Shown piece after piece: positions 50,276 through 62,507 of a DNA stretch of 64,000 nucleotides. The notes beneath the pieces were generated by a model. That model was not told where the DNA came from and ran no database searches. It was given only the letters and a program-made list of their open reading frames with translations. The position numbers and the translations under genes are program-made. Numbering within the stretch: the stretch's first letter is position 1; the number at the start of each line of letters is the position of its first letter. Origin of the DNA: Octopus vulgaris (taxonomy: Eukaryota); assembly GCA_951406725.2 (NCBI GenBank), contig OX597832.1:57226001-57290000 (forward strand), given 5' to 3'.

Positions 50276-50703
50276 ATTTATTTATTTATTTTATTATATT
50301 TTGTTTACACTATGGTCTGTAATGTGTTCATTGATGGAATCAGCAAGGTCTGTCTATATATTATCATTGAATTATCTGTCACGTTTAAATTTTTTAATCA
50401 AATCCCCAATGGAAGATGAAGATAAATGTTCTTTCCTTGACAGGTTTCTTTCTCAATGTCTTTCTCATGTCAATGTCCAGTCCTGAAATCAACAAGGTCT
50501 CTACTGTGTCCACTAATGGTATCAATGTCTCTGTTGGTTAGTCAAGAAATTACTAAAGGCTTTTGTTGTCTGTAATCGAGAAGTTAAAAATATATTACAA
50601 TGTCAAGGTAAAATAAAACAAAAAAGAAAAAAAAAATTATCGATTCATTTCGCAAAAAGACCATTATATATATATATGTATGTATGTATATATATGTATG
50701 TAT

Positions 50704-50755
<52 letters not shown>

Positions 50756-51093
50756 GAACTTTAGGTTAGTTAAATGTATTTTAACTGACTTTCATTGATT
50801 TATTCACACACACATACATATGAACTTTAGTTTAGATAAAATATGTTTGTGACATATTTTCACTTCTAAAGGCAAGTTCAGATTCGATTTCTTCGGCTAA
50901 AACCCTTGAAGGCAGTGCTCCAGCATGGCCACAGTCAAGTGCCTGAAACGAAGCGAAAGGATTAAAAGAAATTTCTCAGGGTCCACTTACGGTATGAAAC
51001 AAATGCGGGCGCTGTGTTTGAACCCAGTCGTCAAATATGAAAGAACAATACAACGTGAGCAAGAAGGAAAAGTGGCGGAGTGGGTTCCGATGC

Positions 51094-51372
51094 TTAAAGA
51101 CTGAGTCTTGAGGGGTTCAAGATGTTGTCCAGAGACAAATGTTGCGTCCATTGGTAGAGCCGAAGTGCTTCGTTGTCCATGTCGTTCGGGTCAAGGTCTT
51201 CATTTTGATCGGTGGTCATATCGTCGTTGTCGGTGTGGACAGTGGCAGTAACAAAGTCGCTAGTTTTTGATGCGATGATGATGCTGTCATCGTCGTCGTC
51301 ATCATATCCAGAATAGGGTTTCAGTGAAATGCTATTTTCGGGCGTTTGCGGTGTGGAATACTGAGACATCTT
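51094..51372 (-). CDS. CXorf58: CXorf58-like last coding exon (KMSQYSTP...EALRLYQWTQHLSLDNILNPSRLSL*)
   Basis: Acceptor cattttag (tandem tagaag); acidic stretch followed by EAxxLYxWTQxLSxD; TAA stop. Confidence 0.82.
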   Translation of the reverse strand, partial: KMSQYSTPQTPENSISLKPYSGYDDDDDDSIIIASKTSDFVTATVHTDNDDMTTDQNEDLDPNDMDNEALRLYQWTQHLSLDNILNPSRLSL

Positions 51373-54300
51373 CTAAAATGTAAAAATGACAAAAACAAAA
51401 AAAGGAAAAACGATGGTAAATAAATAACAATAACAATAACAAAAACAATCACAACCACCACCACCACCACCACTGCTACCACAGCCACTGTCACGACTAC
51501 TACCATTGTCATCACCATCATTATTGTCATCATCATAGTCATGATCACAACTGCCGCCACCAACACAACCACTGCTATCATATTCTGCATCACCGTTATC
51601 ATCCTCATTATCATTACTATCATTATCTTCATCATCATCTGCTCCATCACTACCACCACCACCACCATCATCATCACCACCATCACCACCACCACCACCA
51701 CCACAATCATCATCACCACCACCACCACCACAATCATCATCCTCACCATCATCACCACCATCATCACCACCACCACAATCATCATCACCATCATCATCAA
51801 CTGCATCACCACCACCACTACAATCATCATCACCACCATCACCACCACCACAATCATCATCACCACCAGCACCATCATCATCACCATCATCATCAACTGC
51901 ATCACCATTGCCATCATCATCATCATCATCTTTATTGTTTTAACATCTATTTTTCCATACTTGCATGGTTCCAATGGAATTTGTTGAGGCCCATTTCCAT
52001 GGTCTGACTATGCCCTTTCTACTGCCAACCCTGACTTGTTTCCGAGCAAGTTAATATTTCGACATGACTGGACATTTTTCCATGGAAAATTAGGGAAAAT
52101 AATTGATACCATGTGGTATATGACCGGGATATTTGTTTACAAGTATCATACAAACATACACTAACACACATAGGCACAAACACGCATACACACAAACATG
52201 CAAATATACACGATGGGCTTCTTTCAGTTTCCATCTACCAAATCCACTCACAAGGCTTTGGTCGGCCCGAGGCTATAGTAGAAGACACTTGCCCAAGGTG
52301 CCATACAGTGGGACTGAACATGGAACCATGTGGTTGGGAAGCAAGTTTCTTACCACACAACCATGCCTGATGAAGTACCTTTCTTTTGTCAATCCTACCT
52401 ATAAAGGAACAACACACACACACACACACACACACACACATCATGGCACTCCATTGGTTATGACAATGAGGGTTCCAGTTGATCTGATCAACGGAACAGC
52501 CTGCTCATGAAATTAACATGCAAGTGGCTGAGCACTCCACAGACACGTGTACCCTTAACGTAGTTCTCGGGGGAGATTCAGCGTGACACAGAGTGTGACA
52601 AGGCTGGCCCTTTGAAATACAGGTACAAGAGAAACAGGAAGAAAGAGTGAGAGAAATTTGTGGTGAAAGAGTACAGCAGGGTTCGCTACCACCCCCTGCC
52701 GGAGCATCGTAGAGCTTTAGGTGTTTGCGCTCAATAAACACTCATAACGCCCAGTCCGGGAATCAAAACCACGATGCTATGACTGCGAGTCTTCTGCCTT
52801 AACCACTGGGCCATTGAGCCTCCACACACACATATATCACCGTGATCACCGTGACTGACCAGGTTATCAGATGTTGCTACACATCACTGATCAAAATGCG
52901 CTTCGCATTGTTTTAGCCTTCAAATGATGCCACCCCGCTGGCTAAGCGAGCAGGCCAACAAAAGAAAGAGTGAGAGAAAGTTGTGGCGAAAGAGTATAGC
53001 AGGGATTGCCACCCCCACCCCCCCTGCTGAAGCCTCGTGGAGCTTTAGGTGTTTTCGCTCAATAAACACTCACAACGCCTGGTCTGGGAATCGAAACCGC
53101 GAGTCCGCTGCCCTAACCACTGGAGCATTGCGCCTCCACACACACATATATATATGTATATATGTATATATATACATATATATATAAATATAAGCAAAAA
53201 CTATTTACACTTTTTTCTTGTCGTTCTTGTTCTTGTAGATAGAGTTCCCTCATTTTGTTCACTTTCTTGACCGCTCGTTTGGACCGACGCTTCGTTTTAT
53301 TGCCCTTTATTTCAGGACATTTCATGAGTCGTTCTAACGGATATGAGATTGATGATCTGCAGTCAGAAGTAATTGAAACGGATGCTGTAATATTTGCGGG
53401 AAAAAAAAAACTAAATAAGGAACCATTCAACATCAACATCATCATTACCACCACCACCACCACCACCATCATCATTATTATCATCATCATGCTCATCACT
53501 ATCATCGTCGTCATCTTCCTCCTCCTACTCCTCACTATCACTGTCTACCACCACCAGCACCTACTACCACCACCTATCACCAGCACCTACCACCACCACC
53601 TATCACCACCACCACCACCTACCACCTACCACCACCACCACCTATCACCACCACCACCACCTATCACCACCACCACCACCTACCACCTATCACCACCACC
53701 ACCACCACCACCACTATCACCATTTAATGTCCATTTCCCATGCTGGCATGGATTGGATGGTTCAACATGATGGGCTAGCGGGGTGCATCAAGCATCTATC
53801 ATCTACTTTGGTTATGCTCTCTACAGCTGGATGCCCTTCTTAATGCCAACCATTCCAACCCCTATCCTGTCTTCTAAAATGCAAATAAGAACACAAATAA
53901 CAACTACAATAACACCACCACCAATAACAACAGCAACGGCAGCAACAAATCACATATCAGTCACTGAGGGAGCTTCAACATGGTTGTCTGACCTGCTAGA
54001 AATAACCACCAAATCTCCTTCAAACCACTCTTTGCTGACATGTCTTAAACAACAAAAGGACATTGGAGAAGATAGTCATGGATACTTCAACTGGCTTGAG
54101 GTGGTCATGGTCGGCATGTCTTTAATCAAAGACTTAGATTGATTAAGGCTGATTTGAAGCTCAACAACAACAACATCAGGACTTTATACCACAGAGCTTC
54201 CTAAAAATAGACACCAATATCTAAGCACTGTCCAAGCCTGATTAGGTTGCTTATGGAGAAAACCAAGCAAACCAAAGCAAATAATTGACCTCCACAAACT

Positions 54301-57300
54301 ATAAATTCACAAACACATTCTACTTTACAAGAATGAAGGACAACTCAGAGTAACAAGACTAAAACAAGAGAACTCATAGACGAAACATCCCTGGAAGTTT
54401 CATCCAAATCCATCTAGTGGTTCTTGTGATACCTTGTCCATGGACAAACAAACATAGCTGAAAACAATACCTCCACCTTTGTTAAAGCGGTGGAAACATC
54501 ATCATCATCATCATTGTTCAACCGTGGTCGAGACAATGGAATTTACCATGCTAGGCCAGACTTCACGGTCCATCATGGCATTACGGAGGTCCTGTTGCTG
54601 GACGCCTGTATCCCTGGAGATTACATCAGGGTAGGAGAGTGTGCGCCCTCTGGTATTGCGAGTAGATAGCTTCCAGAGGAGAAGAGTAGAAATTACCTCT
54701 TTTTCAGCTCTACAACAATGTCCAGCATACTGGACTCTCCTACCTTTCACAAGGTGGAAACAAGAGCGCTCAGGGAGTTCAAACTTCTGCCAAGGCAACA
54801 CCAACTTCTTCTCAATGATTAGCCTGAGATGATTTTTAAAATGAGAATATCTGAAACAAACTCGACTGCTCTCACAAACGAGAATACTAAAAATGAACCT
54901 GACCGCTCTCAAAAATTAAATAAAATAAACAGGAAAAAATAATCCAGAATCCTAGTCTGGTAACAGATCGATCCCAAAATCTAATCAGTTTGTGCCAATC
55001 ACGAGGCCAAATATCCCTGAAAGTTTCTTCTGAATCCATCCAACAGTTATTGAGATATCTTGTCCATGGACAAACAAACACAACTGAAAACAATACCTCT
55101 GCCTTTGCTAAGGCAGAGGTAAAAAAGGTAAAGACCACCCCTTCGGTTATGAATGTCTATGAGATTGCACCTAGAAAGTTCCCTCTGAGACACAAGTCTG
55201 GGTAAAGTTGTTTCTGGGAGACCAGCAGTCACCCATGCATACCAGCCTCCCCTTCTCCACACCACTGATGTTATCCAAGGGAAAGGCAAAGGCTGATACA
55301 GCTTGGCACCAGTGATGTCATAACTTATTTCTACAGCTGAGTGAACTGGAGCAACATGAAATAAAGTGTCTTGCTCAAGAACACAACACACAACCTGATC
55401 TGGGAATTGAACGCACTACCTCATGATTGTGATCCTGACACCCTAACCATTGAGTCATACACCTTCACAGAATAACAAGAATAAGATATAAGAAATATAT
55501 GCATAATATAAGAGTATTCTCATCATCAGCTATCCAAGCAGGTATCATTACGGTTTCGACACATGAGCAGAACCATTCAATCTGGCAGAGTCTACAGCAT
55601 TAAAAATCTCATTCGCAGAAGAGAAACACAGGTAAAGATTTTTATGGTAACGTTTTTGAAACTCTTACTTCAAAGCTGAGATGATATTAAGGTGTAACAT
55701 TTGGATTTTGGGATTAACTGGTTTCACCAGAAGATTTGTGAGATGGTGTTGGATATCCGGAGAAACTTTGCCACTGTACAAAAACTCAACAATATCGTAG
55801 AAGATGATATGGCGTGGAACGTCTACATTAAAAAGAAAAGAAAAATTACTTTCAATTACAGAGTGGAAAATACATATTGGCCATTGGGAAACAAAGAAAG
55901 ACTGTTAACTTCATATAGCATTTAAACCAACCATAACCAGCACAAATATTCGACCTGTTTTATGCTGAAATTGGCCAGATCAAGGCCTCTCACACCTTCT
56001 CTGCAATGTCATACTAAATATAAACAATGACATCATTGAAATTTCAAATCTAGAAGAAAATTGCAAGGTCAACCCTTTGGCATTTAAACTGGACATATCT
56101 GACCCAAATATTCTTGTTTTATGCTCAAACCAGCCAAATCTGGCCTCTCACACCTACCCTACAATGTCATTCTAAAAATAAACAACCAGACTTTGCATAA
56201 ACAACAAAACTATGCATAATTAATTTAAAATAGTGTGAATAAATAAGCATTACACCTGACTGAAAAATCTGAGTAGTAAAGGATTAATTCAAAACAATGT
56301 GAAATAAATAAGTATTATAGGTATAGGAGTGGCTGTGTGGTAAGTAGCTTGCTTACGAACCACATGGTTCCGGGTTCAGTCCCACTTCGTGGCACCTTGG
56401 GAAAGTGTCTTCTACTATAGCCTCGGGCCGACCAAAGCCTTGTGAGTGGATTTGGTAGAAGGAAACTGAAAGAAGCCCATCATATATATGTATAAGTGTG
56501 TATATGTTTGCGTGTCTGTGTTTGTTCCCCCACCATCGCTTAACAATCGATGCTGGTGTGTTTACGTCCCCTCACTTAGCGGTTCGGCAAAAGAGACCGA
56601 TAGAATAAGTACTAGGCTTACAAAGAATAAGTCCTGGGGTCGACTTGCTCGACTAAAGGCAGTGCTCCAGTATGGCTGCAGTCAAATGACTGAAATAAGT
56701 AAAAGAATAAAAGAATATATATATATATGTGTGTTCTACATGGCTATCACATCTATTCTACAGTATATTTGCTTCTGTTTAACACAAAATTTCCCATCAA
56801 ATCATTTGTTGAACAACTTTATCTCCTAGCAAAATGAGAAAGAAAGACAGAAAGAAGGGAAAAAAAAAATCAATATTTTCTTAAATGCAGATCAAGGAAT
56901 AAATCTAATTTTCTCCTTGAAATAAACTAAATTCCGGTACCATTTAGAGAAAGAAGTCTCCAGTAGTTACATTTGCCACCATATTTAGCAGGAGTTTCAT
57001 CGATATGGGCCAGGTACTGAAATAGAAAGACAAAGATTGAATTATAAACTGTTATATTAGAGATTCGTGGAGGCACAATGGCCCAGTGGTTAGGGCAGCG
57101 GACTCGCGGTCGTAGCATCGTGGTTTCGATTCCCAGACCGGGCATTGTGAGTGTTTATTGAGCGAAAACACCTAAAGCTCCACGAGGCTCTGGCAGGGGG
57201 TGGTGGTGAACCCTATTGTACTCTTCCACCACAACTTTTTCTCACTCTTTCTTCCTGTTTCTGTTGTGCCTCTATTTCAAAGGGCCAGCCTTAACACACT

Positions 57301-60246
57301 CTGTCACACTGAATCTCCCCAAGAACTACGTTAAGGGTAAACGTGTCTGTGGAGTGCTCAGCCACATGCACGTTAATTTCATGAGCAGGCTGTTCCGTTG
57401 ATTGGATCAACTGGAATCCTCGTCATCGTAACCGATGGAGTGCAATAGTCGATATAATAAAATAAAATAAAGATGAATTTTTAAAATTCTTCTGCAGCCT
57501 TGTACAGGTCCACAGCTCCATGGTCAGAGATCCCTGCTCCGAGGAGAGGATTGTGAACTTCTGATATTATGGCTTCCACTTTAGTGCCATGGGATCTTTT
57601 TGGTTTGAACGGCAGTTTTTTCTAGCGGTGTCATATGAAATTGTCACCCACAATTATGACCCTAGTATCGATCTATTGCATTTCAATCTGTTTTAGGGTT
57701 AGGGTTAGAGTTAGGATTAGTTAGGGTTGGGGGGAAGGGTATCTTTTTTTCTTCACAAATGTAAATAAACCCAATCTGTTTCTTAAACGAGGTACATATT
57801 CATATGGCACAAAATGTTTTCACCTCAATGGACGTCATTGATTGGTTGAAATTGCAGAAACGGAAGAAAAAAACAACAACAAATATCTTACAAACTATAG
57901 AATTGTCTCAATAAAGCCAAGAGAAAAAGATGTTTTATAAACACATTCTACCAGTATACGAAGTTTAAAAGTGTTTAGTTACATGGAAATTATTTTAAAA
58001 AACTGCCGTTCAAACCGAAAAGATCCGCGCCATGTTATGTTTAGTTTTTTTGTTGTTGATAATCACAAAGTTGTTAGGATGGAAATAAGGGAGACAACTC
58101 CATTCTTACCTGCATGTAATCTTTCAGTGTCACAACGTCAACAAAATCTGTTGTTTTCCTGCAGTGATGTTGCACTTGGTCATACAGGAGTTGATCAAAG
58201 AATAATCGAGGGCCCTTTATTTTAAGGCTGTCTTCATTTGCCTGTAAATACAACGTTTCATTTACTACTACTACTACTACTACTACTACTAATAATAATA
58301 ATAATAATAATAATGTTGATAATAATAATAATAATCCTTTCTACTAAAGGCACAAGGCCTGAAATTTTGGTGGGATGAGACTAGTCGATTACATCAATCT
58401 CAGTGTTTCACTGGTCCTTAATTTATCGACCTCGAAAGGATGAAAGGCAAAGTAGACCTCAGTGGAATTTGAACTCAAAACGTAGTGGCAGGTGAAGTAT
58501 TCCTAAGCATTTTGTCCAGCGTGCTAACAATTCTGCCAGCTCGCCACCTAATGATGATGATGATGATAATGATAATAATAATAATAATAATCCTTTCTTC
58601 TATAGGGCACAAGGCCTGAAATTCTGGGGGAGGGGGCTAGTCGGTTACGTTAACCCCAGTATTCAACCGGTACTTATTTTATCAACCCCAAAAGAATGAC
58701 AGGCAGAGTCGACCCCAACAGCATTTGAACTTAGAATGTAAAGGAGGATGGAATGCTGCTAAGCATTTTACTTGATGTGCTGATGATTCTGCTAGGTCGT
58801 CAATAATAATAACTAGCACTAGTGCATGCTTATACAGCTGCGTGCGTGCGCACATACACGCGAGTACTGTCCAAATCTCTGACCAATCACATACAGCTAG
58901 CTGGCATTCAATTGGCGTATCAAGTTTCAGGCATTATGATTGAGTTTTGGACAGAAAATGTAAAGATGGGGAAATGTAAAGATGTACACAACCACCCTTG
59001 GACGGTTTTGAATGACCACAGAAAGTGTGAGCCCTCTAACTGAAAAATTGTGGATTTGTATAAAGGACGCACACACAGACATTTTGCCGTTTATATATAT
59101 AGAGGTAATAATAATAATTTCTTTTATATATCAAAGGAGCATAGATGAGGGTGGGGGTAGGGTATCTCACAAGTACAGAAAAGAATTTGTGATGCATCTC
59201 ACTACTTCTGGTCCCTCATCATCTGATTCTCACAACAAAAGAAAAAAAACAAAAACAAAAGAAATCTAGCCATCTTTGTTGTTGTTTGTGTCATGGAACT
59301 TTTGGAATGGTTGTTACAACCGGATGCCATTCTCATTATGAACCATTCTATAGTGTGGACTGGACACATTTTATCAGATTGGAATGATTACAAAGGCCAT
59401 TATCATTGCATCAAGGATGACTTCTGAGATTCCTATAGACAAAAGCTTCTTAACAATTCTTAAACGAGATCACAATAGAATGGTTTTCAAGTGTCTTCTC
59501 CAGACTCTTCAGAAGACAATTAAACACCATAAACTAATTGATATTCATTAATTATAAGGTAGCGAGCTGGCAGAATTGCTAGTATATTGGGAACACTGTT
59601 CAGCAGTATTTCATCTGCCATTACATTCTGAGTTCAAATTCCACTGAGGTCAACTTTGCCTTTCATCATTTCGGGGTCGATAAAATAAGTACCAGTTACG
59701 CACTGGGAGTCGATGTAAGTGGCTCACCTGCTCCCCGCAAATTTGAACCAATTATTGAGTGCTTCTACTGATTACAGTAGTAAGCTTAACCTTTAGCACA
59801 CTGTAGGTGGATCATGTTACCATATGAGTTTTCTCCCCTGTGGTAACTCTATATGAGTTCACTTGCCTGTAGTGGCAGGGGAAACAACTCTAGAGAAAAT
59901 GCGGTGTGCTAAAGGTTAACTGAACCTATGCTACCTGTTTACAGCTAGCAAAAAGAGTTAAGTATTTAGACAAGGGCCTGAAACTGAGGTCAGTGGCGCT
60001 GGACAAAATACGAACTAGTAAGCTTTGAGTTACAATCAAACTGGTCATTGGTGCATGACATGACTTCAAAGAAGAAATAGAAACAAATGAAAAGTTACAA
60101 TGTTTTTTCTTCATATTTCATTTTATTTTACCTCAGTTGCTGCTGGAGTCATCATTGTTTTCCCACTGAGATATTTGATAACTGGGCCGTTTTGGTGGAG
60201 GAAAATCTTGAAATATACCAATGGAGGGAAGGTTCTTCCACCAAAC
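51094..60246 (-). CDS. CXorf58: CXorf58-like uncharacterised protein gene, 6 coding exons, 5'-partial; complement(join(51094..51372,53209..53356,55669..55822,56941..57016,58110..58241,60132..60246))
   Basis: GT-AG exons with matching phases give RFGGRTFPPLVYFKIFLHQNGPVIKYLSGK...DVVTLKDYMQYLAHIDETPAKYGGKCNYWRLLSL..PRHIIFYDIVEF...RRSKRAVKKVNKMRELY...EALRLYQWTQHLSLD. This matches motifs I recall for the CXorf58 family, which is related to C11orf65/MFI. Confidence 0.85.
51420..51930. repeat. (CAC)n/(CAT)n tract
   Basis: Directly visible. Confidence 0.95.
53209..53356 (-). CDS. CXorf58: CXorf58-like exon (SSISYPLERLMK...RRSKRAVKKVNKMRELYLQEQERQEKS)
   Basis: Acceptor ctgactgcag in the required phase 2, donor AGT|gtaaat; basic RRSxxAxxxVxKM motif. 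Boundaries are less certain than for the other exons. Confidence 0.75.
54498..54800 (-). mobile_element. LINE (RTE-like) 3' fragment
   Basis: RRVQYAGHCCRAEKEVISTLLLWK..RNAMMDREVW then a stop and a (TGA)n tail. Confidence 0.75.
55669..55822 (-). CDS. CXorf58: CXorf58-like exon (DVPRHIIFYDIVEFLYSG...HLNIISALK)
   Basis: Acceptor ttttaatgtag, donor AA|gtaaga; phases 1 and 2 fit. Confidence 0.88.
55905..56287. mobile_element. Two tandem degenerate copies of a piggyBac-like MITE
   Basis: Repeated gcatttaaac..caaatattc..ggcctctcacacc..caatgtcat blocks; ends with taaaggattaa. Confidence 0.5.
56320..56715 (+). mobile_element. SINE family A, full-length
   Basis: Same consensus. Confidence 0.9.
56941..57016 (-). 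CDS. CXorf58: CXorf58-like exon (YLAHIDETPAKYGGKCNYWRLLSLN)
   Basis: Acceptor ctatttcag, donor G|gtaccg. Confidence 0.88.
57069..57445 (+). mobile_element. tRNA-derived SINE family B (other copies at 10579-10865 +, 21805-22165 -, 52445-52825 -, 52840-53138 -)
   Basis: Shared head ggaggcacaatggcccagtggttagggcagcggactc..ggtttcgattccc. Confidence 0.85.
57592..58026. mobile_element. MITE with about 28-bp TIRs and an 8-bp TSD (Merlin- or hAT-like), with internal TTAGGG-like repeats
   Basis: TIRs GGATCTTTTTGGTTTGAACGGCAGTTTT and AAAACTGCCGTTCAAACCGAAAAGATCC; flanks gtgccatg and gcgccatg. Confidence 0.85.
58110..58241 (-). CDS. CXorf58: CXorf58-like exon (ANEDSLKIKGPRLFFDQ...DVVTLKDYMQ)
   Basis: Acceptor tatttacag, donor CAG|gtaaga; 132 nt, phase 0/0. 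Confidence 0.88.
59790..59915. mobile_element. Small piggyBac-like MITE
   Basis: TTAA-cctttagcacactg ... cggtgtgctaaagg-TTAA. Confidence 0.7.
60132..60246 (-). CDS. CXorf58: CXorf58-like exon (FGGRTFPPLVYFKIFLHQNGPVIKYLSGKTMMTPAATE)
   Basis: Acceptor catccag, donor GAG|gtaaaa on the minus strand. Confidence 0.88.
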
Positions 60247-60862
60247 CTGGATGAAATTTCAACAAGATTTTTAAGTTTAATAAACATCACTGATGAGTCA
60301 TTGGTCAGTTAATAATTATAAAGTATCCTCTGTAGCTAATTAGATCTGTCTAAAGCAGTGGTTCTCACTGGGGGTCCATATAAGGTTTTGTTGTTAAAAT
60401 TAATGTGCAGGAGTAGCTGTGTGGTAAGAAGTTTGCTTCCCAACCGCATGGTTCTGGGTTCAGTCCCACCTTGGGCATGTTTCTTCTACTATAGCCTTGG
60501 GCTGACCAAAGCCTTGTGAGTGGATTTGGTAGACATAAACTGAAAGAAACTGATGTATGTCATTTTTGTATCCTCTCCATTTTCTTATTAGCCGTATGAA
60601 TTAAGGGTAAACCACTTTCTACCCTCGCCCATATATAACATTCAATTGTGAGATTGCCACACAATAACCAGCACTTGGGTACGAATAATTGGGTACAATA
60701 CCAGCAGTATATTGGATAGGTACTATCCTTTAGTTAGTTTCTCAACCTCTAACTCACACAGAAATATATATATATATATTGGTAAAAACGGTAAGATAAC
60801 AAAAGAAAGAAAGAGACCTCAATATTATGTAAATAGAGGAAATTTATCTATAAAATAATATG

Positions 60863-61018
60863 TTACAATTACTCAATAGTCAAGATAAAACTCTGAGTTT
60901 CAGATGCCGAAGTGGAAATCCACAACACCATCTCTTCATAACCGATGAGATGGTGTTGTGGATTTCCACTTCGGCATCTGAAACTCAGAGTTTTATCTTG
61001 ACTATTGAATAATTGTAA
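60863..61018. repeat. Near-perfect palindrome (72-bp arms, 12-bp spacer) made of two hammerhead-like Penelope termini
   Basis: Arms differ by about 1 nt. The right arm reads ccGATGA-gatg...catc-tGAAAC-tcaga-GTT. Confidence 0.75.
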
Positions 61019-61046
61019 TATGTTTATATATATATATATATATATA

Positions 61047-61432
61047 CAGGGTGATTCAAAAGTTGCCATACATAGGAACAATTTATCTTTTTTATAAGAA
61101 ACAGTTTATAAGAACAGCTTTTTTTATTTATTAAACAGGCTCTATTCTATATGGTTACCATTGTTTTGAATACACATTGCAATACGTTTACCCGACTCAT
61201 TGTGAACTCGTAATAGCACATCTAGTGATGATACATGAGCAAAGGAGTTGGTGATGCATTCCTTCAAATGATTTATGTCTTTTATCTTTCTTGCGATAAC
61301 CCTAACCCTAACTTTCAAATGTTCCCAAAGATAGAAATCAAGAGGGTCAGATCAGGGAATCTAGGGGGATCTTATAAACTGTTTCTTATAAAAACATAAA
61401 GTTTTCCTATGCATGGAGACTTGAATCACCCT

Positions 61433-61433
<1 letters not shown>
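61047..61433 (-). mobile_element. Internally deleted Tc1/mariner element
   Basis: TIRs CAGGGTGATTCAA and TTGAATCACCCTG in a TA context. The minus strand retains PDLTPLDFYLWEHLK..CIQNNGNHIE from the transposase C-terminus. Confidence 0.85.
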
Positions 61434-61495
<62 letters not shown>

Positions 61496-61500
61496 TATAT

Positions 61501-61955
61501 CATCATCATCATCATCGTTTAGCGTCCGTTTTCCATGCTAGCATGGGTTGGACGGTTCTACTGAGGTCTGTGAAGCCAGAAGGCTTCATCAGGCCCAGTC
61601 AAATCTGGCAGTGTTTCTACGGCTGGATGCCCTTCCTAACGCCAACCACTCCGTGAGTGTAGTGGGTGCTTTTTACGTGCCACCCGCACAGGTGCCAGAC
61701 AGAGCTGGCAAACGGCCACGAACGGATGCTGCTTTTTATGTGCCACCGGCACGAGGGGCCAGGCGAGGCTGGCAACGGACACGAACGGATGGTGCTTTTT
61801 ACGTGCCATCGGCACGAGGCCAGTCGGGGCGGTGCTGGCAACAGTCGCGAAACGGAAGGTTCTCTTACATGCCACCGGCACTGGTAATACATCTGCAATT
61901 TCCATTGATCGATTTCGATTCTGATCCTCACTTGCCTCAACGGGTCTTCACAAGT
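61501..61955 (-). mobile_element. RTE LINE 3' UTR fragment between (TA)n tracts
   Basis: (cat)n tail plus gtccgttttccatgctagcatgggttggacgg and gtgccaccggcac repeats. Confidence 0.8.
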
Positions 61956-61962
61956 ATATATG

Positions 61963-62022
<60 letters not shown>

Positions 62023-62195
62023 CATATATATATATACATATATATATATACATATATATATATACATATATATATACATATATATATATACACATATATA
62101 TATATACATATATATATATACATATATATATATATACATATATATATATACATATATATATATACATAAATATATATATACATATATATATATAC

Positions 62196-62235
<40 letters not shown>
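61955..62235. repeat. (TA)n tract with periodic C interruptions
   Basis: Directly visible. Confidence 0.95.
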
Positions 62236-62364
62236 GCGGACGTTAAATGATGATGATGATATATATGTCTATATACACACACACCAGAGTAAGCACATAG
62301 ATGTGAAACAAGGTGGAAAAAAATAGTACTCGAATACCAGAAGTAGAGTAATATGCTTTATCAA

Positions 62365-62507
62365 AAAGCAGCAAAAATATCACAAAAACTGTTACACAGA
62401 GTTTCCTGTTCCCATTCGTCAGACAGTTTTGGTTAGAAAAACAAAACTGTCTGACAAACGGGAATATGAAACTCTGAGTAACAGATTTTGTGATATTTTT
62501 CCTGCTT
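62365..62507. repeat. Inverted repeat of two minimal hammerhead-like motifs (Penelope-like)
   Basis: Minus arm: aaaactgt-CTGACGA-atgggaacag-GAAAC-tctgt-GTA-acagtttt. Plus arm: ctgt-CTGACAA-acgggaatat-GAAAC-tctga-GTA-acag. Confidence 0.7.

Noticed and set aside
53357-53385. Alternative upstream acceptor (attacag) for the CXorf58-like exon
   Set aside because: Wrong phase relative to the preceding exon, giving an early stop; the ctgcag acceptor at 53357 fits.
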